Part shown: positions 1-9,271 of the stretch, in pieces
Layout: every line of letters begins with the position of its first letter
Numbering within the stretch: the first letter of the stretch is position 1
Virus record (IMG/VR): IMGVR_UViG_3300037042_004723
Span: 133,280 to 197,279 of that record
Direction: 5' to 3' (one strand)
Source of the DNA: a virus
DNA: 64,000 nucleotides
The notes under the pieces: generated by a model
Seen by the model: the letters and a program-made list of their open reading frames with translations, nothing else
Database searches by the model: none
What the model was told of the DNA's origin: nothing
Position numbers and translations under genes: made by a program

Positions 1-2
1 CC

Positions 3-185
3 TATCACGCTACGTTGTTTGATGCCGCCGGAGAAATGGGCAACGGGTACAGCAGCTCTCGCCTTGTGGATGTTGCTGATGTTAGGTCTGCGGAGAAGTA
101 TCTAGGCAAGTCGTCCGACTTGGTCAATGCATTGCCGGAGCAGGACATTTATGCCCCCGACGAGCCAAGCATCAACGCTTCGTAG
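3..185 (+). CDS. 3' end of an upstream gene (partial)
   Basis: Frame 3 is open from the window edge to TAG at 183-185 (YHATLFDAAGEMG...EPSINAS*); no function recognisable. Confidence 0.3.
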   Translation, partial: YHATLFDAAGEMGNGYSSSRLVDVADVRSAEKYLGKSSDLVNALPEQDIYAPDEPSINAS

Positions 186-1488
186 TGTATTCGGGGCCCT
201 TTCCCAAAATCCGCCAGGCCTGTCAGCGCGACTAAACGACAAGCCTTCCATAGACGATACAACACCAGCTCTCGACGAGCTTCCGGCAACCCCTGTTCTT
301 CATGAGAAGACCGGGGTTGTCTTGTTGCCGGCCGCCAGGATCGATGGCTCGGTTACCGATTCGTCATGGAGCATCGGTGAGCCAGCCCTCTGGACTTGGC
401 TACGCACGGCTCCAATTGAGCATCTTGAGGAGCGAGTACAGGATGGACTAGGTGGGTCGTTTTGGGTTCGATGTCGGAACCAAGAAGGAGAGCTGCGAAG
501 TGCTGTTCTTCGTTTTGATACCGTTGGATTTGATACGATTTATGAGGCATGGGGCCAGGAATATGGCCTTTCCGTCGAGAACCATGACGTCCTAAGACGC
601 GAGCAGGCTGCTTACGAGATTGCCAAGGGGATCGGATGCGAAGATCTGCTGCCTCCGATAGCCATCAGAGAGGCGAATCTTGTTCCTTTGATTTCCGATG
701 CAGTCAGGGACAAGGTTGCCGCCGAGCTTGGTATCGATCAGATACTCGTGGACGAGACGTTTGGCGTCATTGCCGCACTGCAGGCGACTCCGTTAAACGC
801 CCGCAATTTTGTCGAGTACTGGGCGACCCTGGGGCCAGATGCCACCAACAGGTGGGCGAGGTCGTCAAGCGCACTCAGGCACGGCCTTTATCGAATGATT
901 GCTTTGGACTTTGTGCTCGGAACTGGAAATCGATCGCTGGCCGACTTTCTCTTCAATGAGGCTTCCGGGTCGGTGGTTGCCTATGGATTTGGTGTAACCC
1001 TGCCAAGTCCGACTGCTACAGCGGATGGATATCTTGCCCATAGAGCGCGCGGATGGGGCAGGCGACTCGCTGGTCCACTCGAAGAGCCAGCCCCTGGTTC
1101 CCCACCGTTTGGATCTGACACGTCATTCCTGATTCATGGATTTGGCGATCGTGAGCGGGCCGAATGCTTGATGACGTTCAAGCAGATGTCCAAGGCTGCC
1201 GACGAGACGATCGTAGGACTTTTGTGTCGAATCATGATCGAGGTCGGCGTTCCGGTTGAACACGTTGCGGGCTTTGTCGCTAGGCTTTCCTTCCTTCAGG
1301 AAGATCCAGAGTCGGTTATCAGTAACCAATTCGACTTCGTCAGAAGCATCCTGGTTCCGATGCGGCGTGGTTACGGATTTGAGGCTGGGCGCAACGCCAA
1401 GATGGTCGAAACCGTCAATCAGATCATGACGACGGCATCCGGCCAGGAGTACGACTTCGCTTCTGCGATGCAGGCCCAGCAGGGATAG
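127..1488 (+). CDS. PI3/PI4-kinase/HipA-like fold protein, probably a pseudokinase
   Basis: Motifs in kinase order: DGLGGSFWV (Gly loop), REQAAYEIAKGIG, LDFVLGTGNRSLADFL, VVAYGFGVTLP; catalytic residues appear substituted; true start may be ATG 151. Confidence 0.6.
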   Translation: MHCRSRTFMPPTSQASTLRSVFGALSQNPPGLSARLNDKPSIDDTTPALDELPATPVLHEKTGVVLLPAARIDGSVTDSSWSIGEPALWTWLRTAPIEHLEERVQDGLGGSFWVRCRNQEGELRSAVLRFDTVGFDTIYEAWGQEYGLSVENHDVLRREQAAYEIAKGIGCEDLLPPIAIREANLVPLISDAVRDKVAAELGIDQILVDETFGVIAALQATPLNARNFVEYWATLGPDATNRWARSSSALRHGLYRMIALDFVLGTGNRSLADFLFNEASGSVVAYGFGVTLPSPTATADGYLAHRARGWGRRLAGPLEEPAPGSPPFGSDTSFLIHGFGDRERAECLMTFKQMSKAADETIVGLLCRIMIEVGVPVEHVAGFVARLSFLQEDPESVISNQFDFVRSILVPMRRGYGFEAGRNAKMVETVNQIMTTASGQEYDFASAMQAQQG

Positions 1489-1506
1489 CTGCGCAAACAC
1501 TTGCGC
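1484..1506. promoter_or_regulatory. Palindromic element GATAGCTGCGCAAACACTTGCGC (copy 1)
   Basis: GCGCAA-N4-TTGCGC inverted repeat just after a stop codon; 21/23 identical to 36634-36656. Confidence 0.5.
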
Positions 1507-1616
1507 TGGTGTCTATTGCAACATCATCTGCAATTGAGCTGGATTGCGTTTTTAGCTAAGATCTTGGTAGGTTCTGTGACCATCAATGATGTGGTCAGGT
1601 AAACTTTTACCAAGGT

Positions 1617-2387
1617 ATGGTGATGTCCAACAACGGCACTCGTAGACCGTCTATTCGACCAGTAAGCCGTGAGCCGAAGAAGGCTGCGTCCGCGCTTCAG
1701 GATTGCCGGTGCTTTGAGGAAGTTGAGCGCAGGACCAGGATGGGATGGCCATCCTCGGATCTGGCCAAATTTATCCAAGAAGATAGCCAGGAGCTAGTTC
1801 ACCTGAGCCAGTCATACGTCAGGAAGATGGTGGACGACTTCAGGAAGACCATCCCACCAGCCGAGCTGTTGCTGACGACGCAGAACACGACCGTAGCGAT
1901 GCATTCGGCCCAGAAGGTTGCGAACGGCATGGAGGAGCTGGCTAAGCTTAGCGAGCTGTATGACCTCCAGATGGATCGCATCAAGATCGACGTTGAGAAC
2001 GAGAAGAAGATCAATAAGCTCTTCCAGACGACGGGCCGAGAGATCTTCTATGCGATGAAGATTCTCAAGCAGACGTCAGACCTGAAGATGGATCTGGGTC
2101 TGGCCAAGCGGCAACTTGGAGAGGTGTCCGTGTCCGGGCAGGCGGCTGTTCAGATTGGTGATCGATACACTGATGGGGTCGGCAGGGTGATGGCTGATCC
2201 GGACAGTCGGCGGAAGGTGCTTGGCATGGTGGAGACGCTCATGTCTCTAGGTGCCAAGGCCAACCTAGACGCCACCGAGATTGTCAGAAGCGCAACCACG
2301 TTTGTGGCCGATGACGTCATTGACATCGAACCTTCAGCATCCGCTGAGTTGCCAAATGATGAGCAGCCAGAGGGCGCAGAAGAGTAG
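1617..2387 (+). CDS. Putative terminase small subunit
   Basis: Directly upstream of TerL; N-terminal HTH-like helices then a coiled oligomerisation-like region; assignment mainly positional. Confidence 0.5.
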   Translation: MVMSNNGTRRPSIRPVSREPKKAASALQDCRCFEEVERRTRMGWPSSDLAKFIQEDSQELVHLSQSYVRKMVDDFRKTIPPAELLLTTQNTTVAMHSAQKVANGMEELAKLSELYDLQMDRIKIDVENEKKINKLFQTTGREIFYAMKILKQTSDLKMDLGLAKRQLGEVSVSGQAAVQIGDRYTDGVGRVMADPDSRRKVLGMVETLMSLGAKANLDATEIVRSATTFVADDVIDIEPSASAELPNDEQPEGAEE

Positions 2388-2389
2388 TC

Positions 2390-5300
2390 ATGGCCATCAG
2401 GGATCTTGGTGGGAGAGTTCGCAGCGAGCAGACGAAGGACGAGGTGCTTCGTCTGCTGAGGACTGAATTTGCGAACCTGAGCGACGAAGAAAAGCAGGCG
2501 GTGATGCTCTGCCTGAAGGAGCTTGATGACCCGGCGTTCAACGACATGGAGGCCAATGGGGAGGTCGCCCCTACGAGGATCTACGATGTCTTGACCGAGG
2601 CTGAATATATTCGCAAGCCAGTCGACATCGAGACGTTCGTCAGAGATCCATATTATCTCGGGAAGACCTGCGATGTTCTCTATCCGAAGCTTCTCGACGA
2701 TATGAAGGAGCTGTTTGGCGGTCACTACCGAGAGACCATCCTGAGCGGTAGCATCGGTTGGGGGAAGTGCCTGGATTCATTGACAGAACTATATAACACG
2801 AAGACCGGGAGGCGAGAGCTTATTTCCGACGTATCGGACCTTGGCGTCGCCTCGATGGTCGACGGGGGCGGAATAGAGCCCAGGGATGCGTCCTGCTTCA
2901 AGTCGGGCAGGAAGCGGTGCGTCAGGGTTGCGCTGGCCGACGGGAAGTCGATCGTTGCCAGCAACGACCACAGAATCTTCACTGCGCGAGGGTGGGTGGG
3001 GGCGTCTAAGCTTGGCTGTGACGACTTGGTCGCCACTCCAAGGAAGCTGCCAGATCCGGACTCAACAACCGACGTTGCCGATTCCGTTGTGAAGCTGGTG
3101 GCGTACCTGTTGGCCGACGGAGGGTGTACCGGGCCGACGACGTTCACCAACGCCTGCGAGGATGTACTTGTTGAGTTCTGTGAGCTTGTCAACGAGCTTG
3201 GCGACAGCTCTCAGTATGACAAGTGGCACCGGCACATAGAGACTGGTGTTGCCATCGTCGATGATGGCAACAGCGGGATGGCCCTGACACTGAGGGCTAG
3301 TGGGGTCAGGCACCTGGTTACAAGGTACGGGTGTGACAAGAAGTCGATCGACAAGCGTATTCCTGCCGAGTTCTATGGGTTGCCAAGGAACCAGGTTGCT
3401 CTCTTTTTGAACCGATTCTGGGCGTGCGACGGGTCGTTTTCCGTGGCATCGCCCAGGAAGGTTGAGATTGGGCTGGGATCCGAGGGGCTCGTAGATGACT
3501 TGATGTTCTTGTTGCTTCGCCTTGGGATTCAGTCGCGCAAGTACTACAAGAAAAAATCTTGCACTTACAAGGGAGAGAAGAAGTGGTTCGACTCGTGGTG
3601 CCTTACGGTAACGGACAGGGATGGCATCATTAGCTTTCTGGACGCCGTTGGACCAGTGGTTGGCAAGGTCGATAAGTGCATGGCGCTGCGTGCGGCGTGC
3701 GAGGCCGTCAAGTCGAATCCGAACTGCGATGTTGTTCCGGTTGGCAATGCGGAGCTGCTTGAGATAAGGTCTGAGCTTGGCTCTCGTGGCGGAGGGCTTT
3801 CCGCTAGGTTTGGATGTCCAGAGGGGCAGCTGTTCTCTCGCCAGCGATTTGAGAAGCTTTGTTCTGAGTATGAGTACGTCGGCAAGTATTCGTGGCTGGC
3901 CGGGTCGGATATCTACTGGTCGAAGATCAAGGAGGTCGTCGATGTTGGAGACCGCGATGTCTACGACCTGACGGTCCCAGGTACCGAGAATTTTGTTGCG
4001 AACAACATAGTGGTTCACAACAGTTTCTTTGCGTCCATCGCAGCCTGTCGGATCATCTACGAGCTGTCGTGCATGCGAGATCCGCACAAGAGCTTCGGCA
4101 TCGGTAAGGGCACCGACATCACGATGGTCGTTCTTTCTGTCAAGGAAGACCTAGCGATCAAGGTCGCCTTCGAAAACATCGCAAATAAGATCAAGGAAAG
4201 CGATTATTTCAAGGAGAACTTCCCCTTCAAGCCGATGAAGAAGGAGATCATCTTCCCCAGTAAGATCCAGATCGCAGCTCGTGCCTCAACGGATAGCGCA
4301 GCACTCGGTCTCAACGTCTTCGCGGCTTGGATTGACGAGTCCAACTTCATGCAGCCCATGAAGAAGAAGGGCGGGATCGAAAGTCGCGTCGGGAACATGG
4401 ATCGAGCCCAGTTCCTCTACGACCAGCTTATTCGTCGTATGAAGTCTCGCTTCCAGCGCCACGGCAAGTTGCCAGGCATGATGATCGTGGTGTCGTCGAA
4501 GCAGACGCGCGATGACTTCACGGCCAAGCGGATCAAGGACTCCAAGGACGACCCAACCGTCTTCGTTCGCGACTATGCAACCTGGCACGTGAAGCCGGAT
4601 GGGATTTACTCCAAGGAGACGTTTTATGTCCTCGTGGGAAACGACTTGGTCCCGTCTAAGGTCCTCACACCTGAGGAGATCGACGTCACCAGGGATAAGC
4701 TACAGGACGGGATGCTCATCATTGATGTCCCTATCGACTTCAAGAACGATTTCACGAGCAATATCGAAGACTCCATTCGAGACATTGCCGGCGTCGAGAC
4801 GGTTTCGGTGTCGCCGTTTATCCAGCAGCGAGATCTGATCATCCCGTGCATCGACGTTAATCGTCAGCATCCGTTTACCGTTGAGGAGTGGGTCCCCACC
4901 GAGCACGGAAAGTTCGTGTGGTCGAGGCTGGCCAGACAGGTGGAAGTCCGCGACGGCGCTTCGATTAGTCGAGAATGGCAGCCGTTGTTTCACCAGGGCG
5001 CCGCCAGGCATATTCACATCGATCCATCGCTCAACTCCGATGCGACCGGGTTCGCTGTTGGCTGTGTCACTGGGTACAAGACGGTCGTTCGCCGTGACGA
5101 GGAGACGCGCGAGCAGTACACAGAGCGAGCCCCTGAGATCTGGGTAGACTTCATGCTTCGCATCAAGCCTCCCATTGGGGGCGAGATTGATCACGGTCTT
5201 GTTCGGTCGCTCGTCTATCAGATGCAGGCTAAGGGGTTTTCGATCAGCCTAATCACGATGGACCAGTTCAATTGCCTAGTTGCCGGTACGATGGTGCCTA

Positions 5301-6781
5301 CGGCACGCGGGATACTGCCGATCGAGCAGGTCGTTGTCGGGGACATCGTTCAGTCGCGCATCGGTCCTCGTCCGGTCGAGAACACCTGGAACTACGGGGA
5401 GAGGGAGACGATCAAGATCGTCACTCAGGATGGCGATGTTCTTGAGGGGACGCCGAATCACAGGATTGAGATCCAGGTTGGGTGGACCAAGGAGCACCAG
5501 AACGAGTACGGGTGGACGAGGGACCCTGTCTGGGAGTGGAAAACGCTGTCCGAGCTGTCGGTGGGCGATGTGGTCCACATGGCCGATCAGCCGGTCTCCC
5601 TTGACCCGCCGGACGTAGAGCTGAGCGGGTGCAAGGAAGACTTCGGGTGGACGAGTCCGCGTGGCCTGATCGGCAACTGGACGCTGCCGTCAAAGATGAC
5701 GCCTGAATTGGCCGAGTTCCTTGGCCTGCTGTGGGGCGACGGCGACGTCTCTGACAAGCTGATCAGGCTGACGTTCCACGTGGACGACACGGAGGACGTC
5801 CAAGCGAAGTTCATTGGCCTTTTCGGTGAATGCCCAGCTGTCGAGGTTAGTCGTCTGACGGACAAATGCGCGTCCGTTCGTTTTGGATCCACGTGGGTGT
5901 GCCGATGGATGGCGCACAACGGCCTGGTCAAGCCGACGATCCCTGATGCCGTCATGCGTTCAAGCAAGGCAGTCAAGTCGGCGTTCCTAAGGGGACTTTT
6001 CTCTGCCGACGGCGCGGTCAGCAAGATTGACGGAGAGATCTCTCTGGGAACGTCGGTGAGATGCCTCGCTGAGCAGGTGCGGCTAATTCTCCGCGCCGAC
6101 TTTGGGATTGAGAGCTGCCTGGTGACCACGGAGAAGAAGTACAAGAGCCAGCAGGCGATGCCAGGGTGGCACGGTGGGCTTCACTACGTAGTGTCCGTTC
6201 GTGGCCCCAGGAGGCGGTTCCAGGAGAGAGTCGGGTTCTGCTATCGGGGCAAGTCAGAGATGCTGGCGAGACATGTCGAGGTGAATGGGCGCCGCAAGTT
6301 CTCGAAGATTGTCGACATCGAGCATGGGTTCGGAGAGGTGTTCGACATTCAGGTTGCAGACGACCCGTCGTACATCGCGAATGGGTTCGTTTCGCACAAT
6401 TCGGCAAGCTCTCTGCAGACATTTGCCACTAAGGGAATTACGGCCGAGCGCCTGTCCGTAGATAAGCCGATGGATGCGTACGATATCCTTAAGACAGCTA
6501 TCTACGAGAACAGGCTCAGCTTCTACGGATACAATCCGTTGCTTGAAGAGTTGCGGTGGATCCAGAAAGACAACATCCGCAACAAGGTGGACCACCCACA
6601 GGGCAAATCCAAGGATCTCGCGGACGCCCTGGCTGGTATCGTCTTCTCGTTGACGACGATGTATCACGGCCCCCCGATGGGGGTGTACAAGGGGATATCG
6701 CAGTTCAATGACCCGGTAGCCGAGGAACAGCGAGAGATCGTAGAAGAGGACTTCCCCCTGCTACCTTTTCTGCAAGGATGA
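2390..6781 (+). CDS. terL: Terminase large subunit with two inteins (spliced product 669 aa)
   Basis: Walker A SGSIGWGK|S, Walker B AAWIDESNF, coupling motif IVVSS, nuclease HIHIDPS and KDLADALAG; two C...HN|S inteins. Confidence 0.95.
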   Translation: MAIRDLGGRVRSEQTKDEVLRLLRTEFANLSDEEKQAVMLCLKELDDPAFNDMEANGEVAPTRIYDVLTEAEYIRKPVDIETFVRDPYYLGKTCDVLYPKLLDDMKELFGGHYRETILSGSIGWGKCLDSLTELYNTKTGRRELISDVSDLGVASMVDGGGIEPRDASCFKSGRKRCVRVALADGKSIVASNDHRIFTARGWVGASKLGCDDLVATPRKLPDPDSTTDVADSVVKLVAYLLADGGCTGPTTFTNACEDVLVEFCELVNELGDSSQYDKWHRHIETGVAIVDDGNSGMALTLRASGVRHLVTRYGCDKKSIDKRIPAEFYGLPRNQVALFLNRFWACDGSFSVASPRKVEIGLGSEGLVDDLMFLLLRLGIQSRKYYKKKSCTYKGEKKWFDSWCLTVTDRDGIISFLDAVGPVVGKVDKCMALRAACEAVKSNPNCDVVPVGNAELLEIRSELGSRGGGLSARFGCPEGQLFSRQRFEKLCSEYEYVGKYSWLAGSDIYWSKIKEVVDVGDRDVYDLTVPGTENFVANNIVVHNSFFASIAACRIIYELSCMRDPHKSFGIGKGTDITMVVLSVKEDLAIKVAFENIANKIKESDYFKENFPFKPMKKEIIFPSKIQIAARASTDSAALGLNVFAAWIDESNFMQPMKKKGGIESRVGNMDRAQFLYDQLIRRMKSRFQRHGKLPGMMIVVSSKQTRDDFTAKRIKDSKDDPTVFVRDYATWHVKPDGIYSKETFYVLVGNDLVPSKVLTPEEIDVTRDKLQDGMLIIDVPIDFKNDFTSNIEDSIRDIAGVETVSVSPFIQQRDLIIPCIDVNRQHPFTVEEWVPTEHGKFVWSRLARQVEVRDGASISREWQPLFHQGAARHIHIDPSLNSDATGFAVGCVTGYKTVVRRDEETREQYTERAPEIWVDFMLRIKPPIGGEIDHGLVRSLVYQMQAKGFSISLITMDQFNCLVAGTMVPTARGILPIEQVVVGDIVQSRIGPRPVENTWNYGERETIKIVTQDGDVLEGTPNHRIEIQVGWTKEHQNEYGWTRDPVWEWKTLSELSVGDVVHMADQPVSLDPPDVELSGCKEDFGWTSPRGLIGNWTLPSKMTPELAEFLGLLWGDGDVSDKLIRLTFHVDDTEDVQAKFIGLFGECPAVEVSRLTDKCASVRFGSTWVCRWMAHNGLVKPTIPDAVMRSSKAVKSAFLRGLFSADGAVSKIDGEISLGTSVRCLAEQVRLILRADFGIESCLVTTEKKYKSQQAMPGWHGGLHYVVSVRGPRRRFQERVGFCYRGKSEMLARHVEVNGRRKFSKIVDIEHGFGEVFDIQVADDPSYIANGFVSHNSASSLQTFATKGITAERLSVDKPMDAYDILKTAIYENRLSFYGYNPLLEELRWIQKDNIRNKVDHPQGKSKDLADALAGIVFSLTTMYHGPPMGVYKGISQFNDPVAEEQREIVEEDFPLLPFLQG
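2768..4021 (+). mobile_element. Intein 1 of TerL (418 aa, LAGLIDADG), inserted in the Walker A P-loop
   Basis: Begins CLDSLTELY, ends NFVANNIVVHN before Ser; LAGLIDADG helices LVAYLLADG and FLNRFWACDG. Confidence 0.95.
5273..6400 (+). mobile_element. Intein 2 of TerL (376 aa, LAGLIDADG), in the nuclease domain
   Basis: Begins CLVAGTMVPTARG, ends YIANGFVSHN before Ser; helices FLGLLWGDG and FLRGLFSADG. Confidence 0.95.
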
Positions 6782-7425
6782 TCATGACGGAACGAAAAAA
6801 GCACAGGAAACGCAAGAAGCGAGAGCGTGCTTTGTCAGTATTTCCAGTGCTTTACCCGTCGAGTATGGGTACTCCGTTCGGCTACCGCCCTGGATCTGCG
6901 AACGATTCAGGTGGAACGCCTCCGGCGCCTCCTCCAGGCGACGGCGGGGCGGGCGGCGGTGGAGGTGAGTCTGTATTTATTCGGCCGACCAGAGCCAGGG
7001 TTCTGCATGAGATGAGACGTGCCTTTGGGCTTATTGAGTATTTCAATGATGCGCCCAACGTCGCTATGGGCGGGTTCTCCATGCCCAGCTTCGCGGCGGC
7101 TTCAATGCGTGCCGGCGGTCCAGTAATCGGTGGTCCTGGTTTCGAGTACAACGGCGATGGCGAGGGCGGGAAGTACGACTTCAAGAAGTCTCCCGGGCTT
7201 GGGTTTCGTACCGAGATAGCTTGGAGGATTTGGGAAAAGGCGATGGAAGTCGTTAGTCAAGACAAGACGCTTCCCAAGCACTCGGTTTTGCTTAGGGCGA
7301 TGGCCAAGGCTGGCGTACATCGAGGCCAGATGGATCCGGCTGAGTTCCGCCTGCTTGAGATGGGTATCGAGTGGTACCTGAGCGCCGCTGGTGCTCTGGC
7401 GGCTGGCAGGAATGTATTTTACTAG
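6778..7425 (+). CDS. Hypothetical protein with basic N-terminus and Pro/Gly linker
   Basis: ORF overlaps the TerL stop (ATGA); coding-like sequence; no family recognised. Confidence 0.6.
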   Translation: MIMTERKKHRKRKKRERALSVFPVLYPSSMGTPFGYRPGSANDSGGTPPAPPPGDGGAGGGGGESVFIRPTRARVLHEMRRAFGLIEYFNDAPNVAMGGFSMPSFAAASMRAGGPVIGGPGFEYNGDGEGGKYDFKKSPGLGFRTEIAWRIWEKAMEVVSQDKTLPKHSVLLRAMAKAGVHRGQMDPAEFRLLEMGIEWYLSAAGALAAGRNVFY

Positions 7426-7429
7426 ATAG

Positions 7430-7711
7430 ATGAGTAAAATGAACAGGATACGGCCAGAGCCCAAGAATGATATCTCCCACGCCTTGGGAGACGCCCCGGA
7501 GGAGGAGTACACGTTCCTTCTGGTTCCCGTAGCTGTGTATTCGTTGGTATCTCAACTGGCCAGAAAAGAAGGATGTTCTGTCGGGGAGGTGTTCCAGAGA
7601 TCTCTTTTGCAGTATCTTCAGGCCGCTGAGTCGTCCGGCGGTAGGCCGGCAGAGCAGAGACAAGACAGGCCTGAGCCTGATATCGCCGTTCGAAGGAAAA
7701 GGAGTCCATGA
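7430..7711 (+). CDS. Ribbon-helix-helix (CopG/MetJ-like) DNA-binding protein
   Basis: FLLVPVAVYSLVSQLARKEGCSVGEVFQRSLLQYL fits the strand-helix-turn-helix RHH pattern. Confidence 0.55.
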   Translation: MSKMNRIRPEPKNDISHALGDAPEEEYTFLLVPVAVYSLVSQLARKEGCSVGEVFQRSLLQYLQAAESSGGRPAEQRQDRPEPDIAVRRKRSP

Positions 7712-8151
7712 TGTGGCAGACGGTTTTAGAGAATCTTATCCCGACGATCTTTGTGATCATCACCCCGGTGATCACCCTGTTCGTCAGCATGTTGCTGCGT
7801 CGTCTGGCCAAGAAGTGGCACCTGGAGGGCGCGCTTAAGTATGATGAGAAGGTCGACGAGCTGATCCTCAAGGGCATCAAGGCCGTCGAGCAGAAGAGCT
7901 TGTCTGCCGTCAGGAAGGGCGGGGAAATGACTCCCGGCCAGAAGAAGCTCGACGAGGCGATGAAGTTCGTTAACGCGCAGCTGATGGCGATGAAGCTTCC
8001 CGAGAAGGCGGCCTCCGAACTGTCGATGCTCATTGAGTCGAAGCTGTTCGATGGAGCCAAGGGCAAGGAGATTGCCGGAGCCGTGGCAGCGAAGCCAGAT
8101 GAAGCGGTTAAGGCGGAGATCGCTGCCGCAACCACCACCCCAGCGGCCTAA
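7708..8151 (+). CDS. Holin-like protein (LL-H type)
   Basis: Single N-terminal TM segment followed by KGIKAVEQ...GQKKLDEAMKFV, the LL-H holin pattern. Confidence 0.6.
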   Translation: MMWQTVLENLIPTIFVIITPVITLFVSMLLRRLAKKWHLEGALKYDEKVDELILKGIKAVEQKSLSAVRKGGEMTPGQKKLDEAMKFVNAQLMAMKLPEKAASELSMLIESKLFDGAKGKEIAGAVAAKPDEAVKAEIAAATTTPAA

Positions 8152-8165
8152 GGTAGGATTACAAC

Positions 8166-8495
8166 ATGGGCGTTCTAGCTCCAGCATTTCCGGCGCCGAA
8201 TCCGTCGAATATCAAGTCGATCCGGTTCTACGAGACCGGAGTGGCGACCGCGAACTTCACGGATAGCAAGTGGCCGTTCGAGCGGGTAGATCCTGCTGAT
8301 CCTGCGGTACCGGAGCAGGGGTGGTCATATTCGATTGAGGTAAGGGCGGTCGGCGGCGACCTTCAGATCTCGTTTGACGGCACCAATGTTCACGGGTTCG
8401 TTCTTGCTGGGACGACCAAGCAGTACGAAAAGCGTCACGAAGGCGGGATTTCAGTTCGTGGAATTGGCGTGACGTATCATGTCGAGGCTTGGTAG
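8166..8495 (+). CDS. Hypothetical beta-rich protein
   Basis: Clean ORF after the holin-like gene; no family recognised. Confidence 0.6.
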   Translation: MGVLAPAFPAPNPSNIKSIRFYETGVATANFTDSKWPFERVDPADPAVPEQGWSYSIEVRAVGGDLQISFDGTNVHGFVLAGTTKQYEKRHEGGISVRGIGVTYHVEAW

Positions 8496-8529
8496 TTAGG
8501 TTTCAGCCCCTTGTGATAGGCTGCCCGTC

Positions 8530-8835
8530 ATGATCGACGAGAGCAGCCCATCGATGGCCGCAGACCGTGTTTCGCCCAGTGTTGGCGATGACATGGAATG
8601 CGGCCTTGCTGTTTCTGCTGCCGGGGATGAAGCGGAAACGCAGAAACCCCATAGATCTCGCATGGAAGAAGATCTAGTGCGGAACGCTTTGTCTTTCATG
8701 AAAAGCACTGAGACCAAGTGGTGTGATGCTCGTGGCCAGAGCGGCCCGAGCCCAGCCGACTTTGGCGAGCACGATCCAATTCCGGTCGATGCGATTTGCG
8801 CATCGGTCGTGGTTTCTACCAACAAGGAGAGCTAG
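8530..8835 (+). CDS. Hypothetical protein
   Basis: ORF fills the gap; no motif. Confidence 0.35.
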   Translation: MIDESSPSMAADRVSPSVGDDMECGLAVSAAGDEAETQKPHRSRMEEDLVRNALSFMKSTETKWCDARGQSGPSPADFGEHDPIPVDAICASVVVSTNKES

Positions 8836-8945
8836 ATATGGCATTGCAAATAGTCCCCCGCAGGAGGATGCTCCGCCCCGTTCGTCACTGTAAAGCCGGC
8901 TGCTTACTTTAGCCGGGCCTTGCGCGGGACCCGGCATCAGTTGAT

Positions 8946-9242
8946 ATGACTATACTAATTTGCTTTATCCTTTCTTGCTATGGAGTTACGAACATCGTAA
9001 CTAGCGGAAAGATCTTCCAATGGCTCAGGGACCTGCTTCGGCCGGTCCCTGGCCTTGGGTATTGGATCTCCTGTCCAATGTGCATGGGGGTTCCGGTTGG
9101 AGTTGGATGGTTCCTCCTCGGGCTCCAGCCGGAAATGCAGGCATCGTTCTGGGTGACAGCGGCTGCCTGCGGAATGATCTCAAGCGGATCTTGCTGGATT
9201 ATCCGAGTGGTCCTTAATCATTTTGGAGAGGACGCACTCTGA
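8946..9242 (+). CDS. Small membrane protein, DUF1360-like
   Basis: Hydrophobic segments around a WISCPMCMGV (CPxC) motif. Confidence 0.5.
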   Translation: MTILICFILSCYGVTNIVTSGKIFQWLRDLLRPVPGLGYWISCPMCMGVPVGVGWFLLGLQPEMQASFWVTAAACGMISSGSCWIIRVVLNHFGEDAL

Positions 9243-9271
9243 TGTTGATCACGCGGAAGGTATCGTAAGTC

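Noticed and set aside
8838-8912. 24-codon ORF MALQIVPRRRMLRPVRHCKAGCLL after a good AAGGAG RBS
   Set aside because: Too short to support, with no recognisable motif or clear frameshift signal into a longer frame
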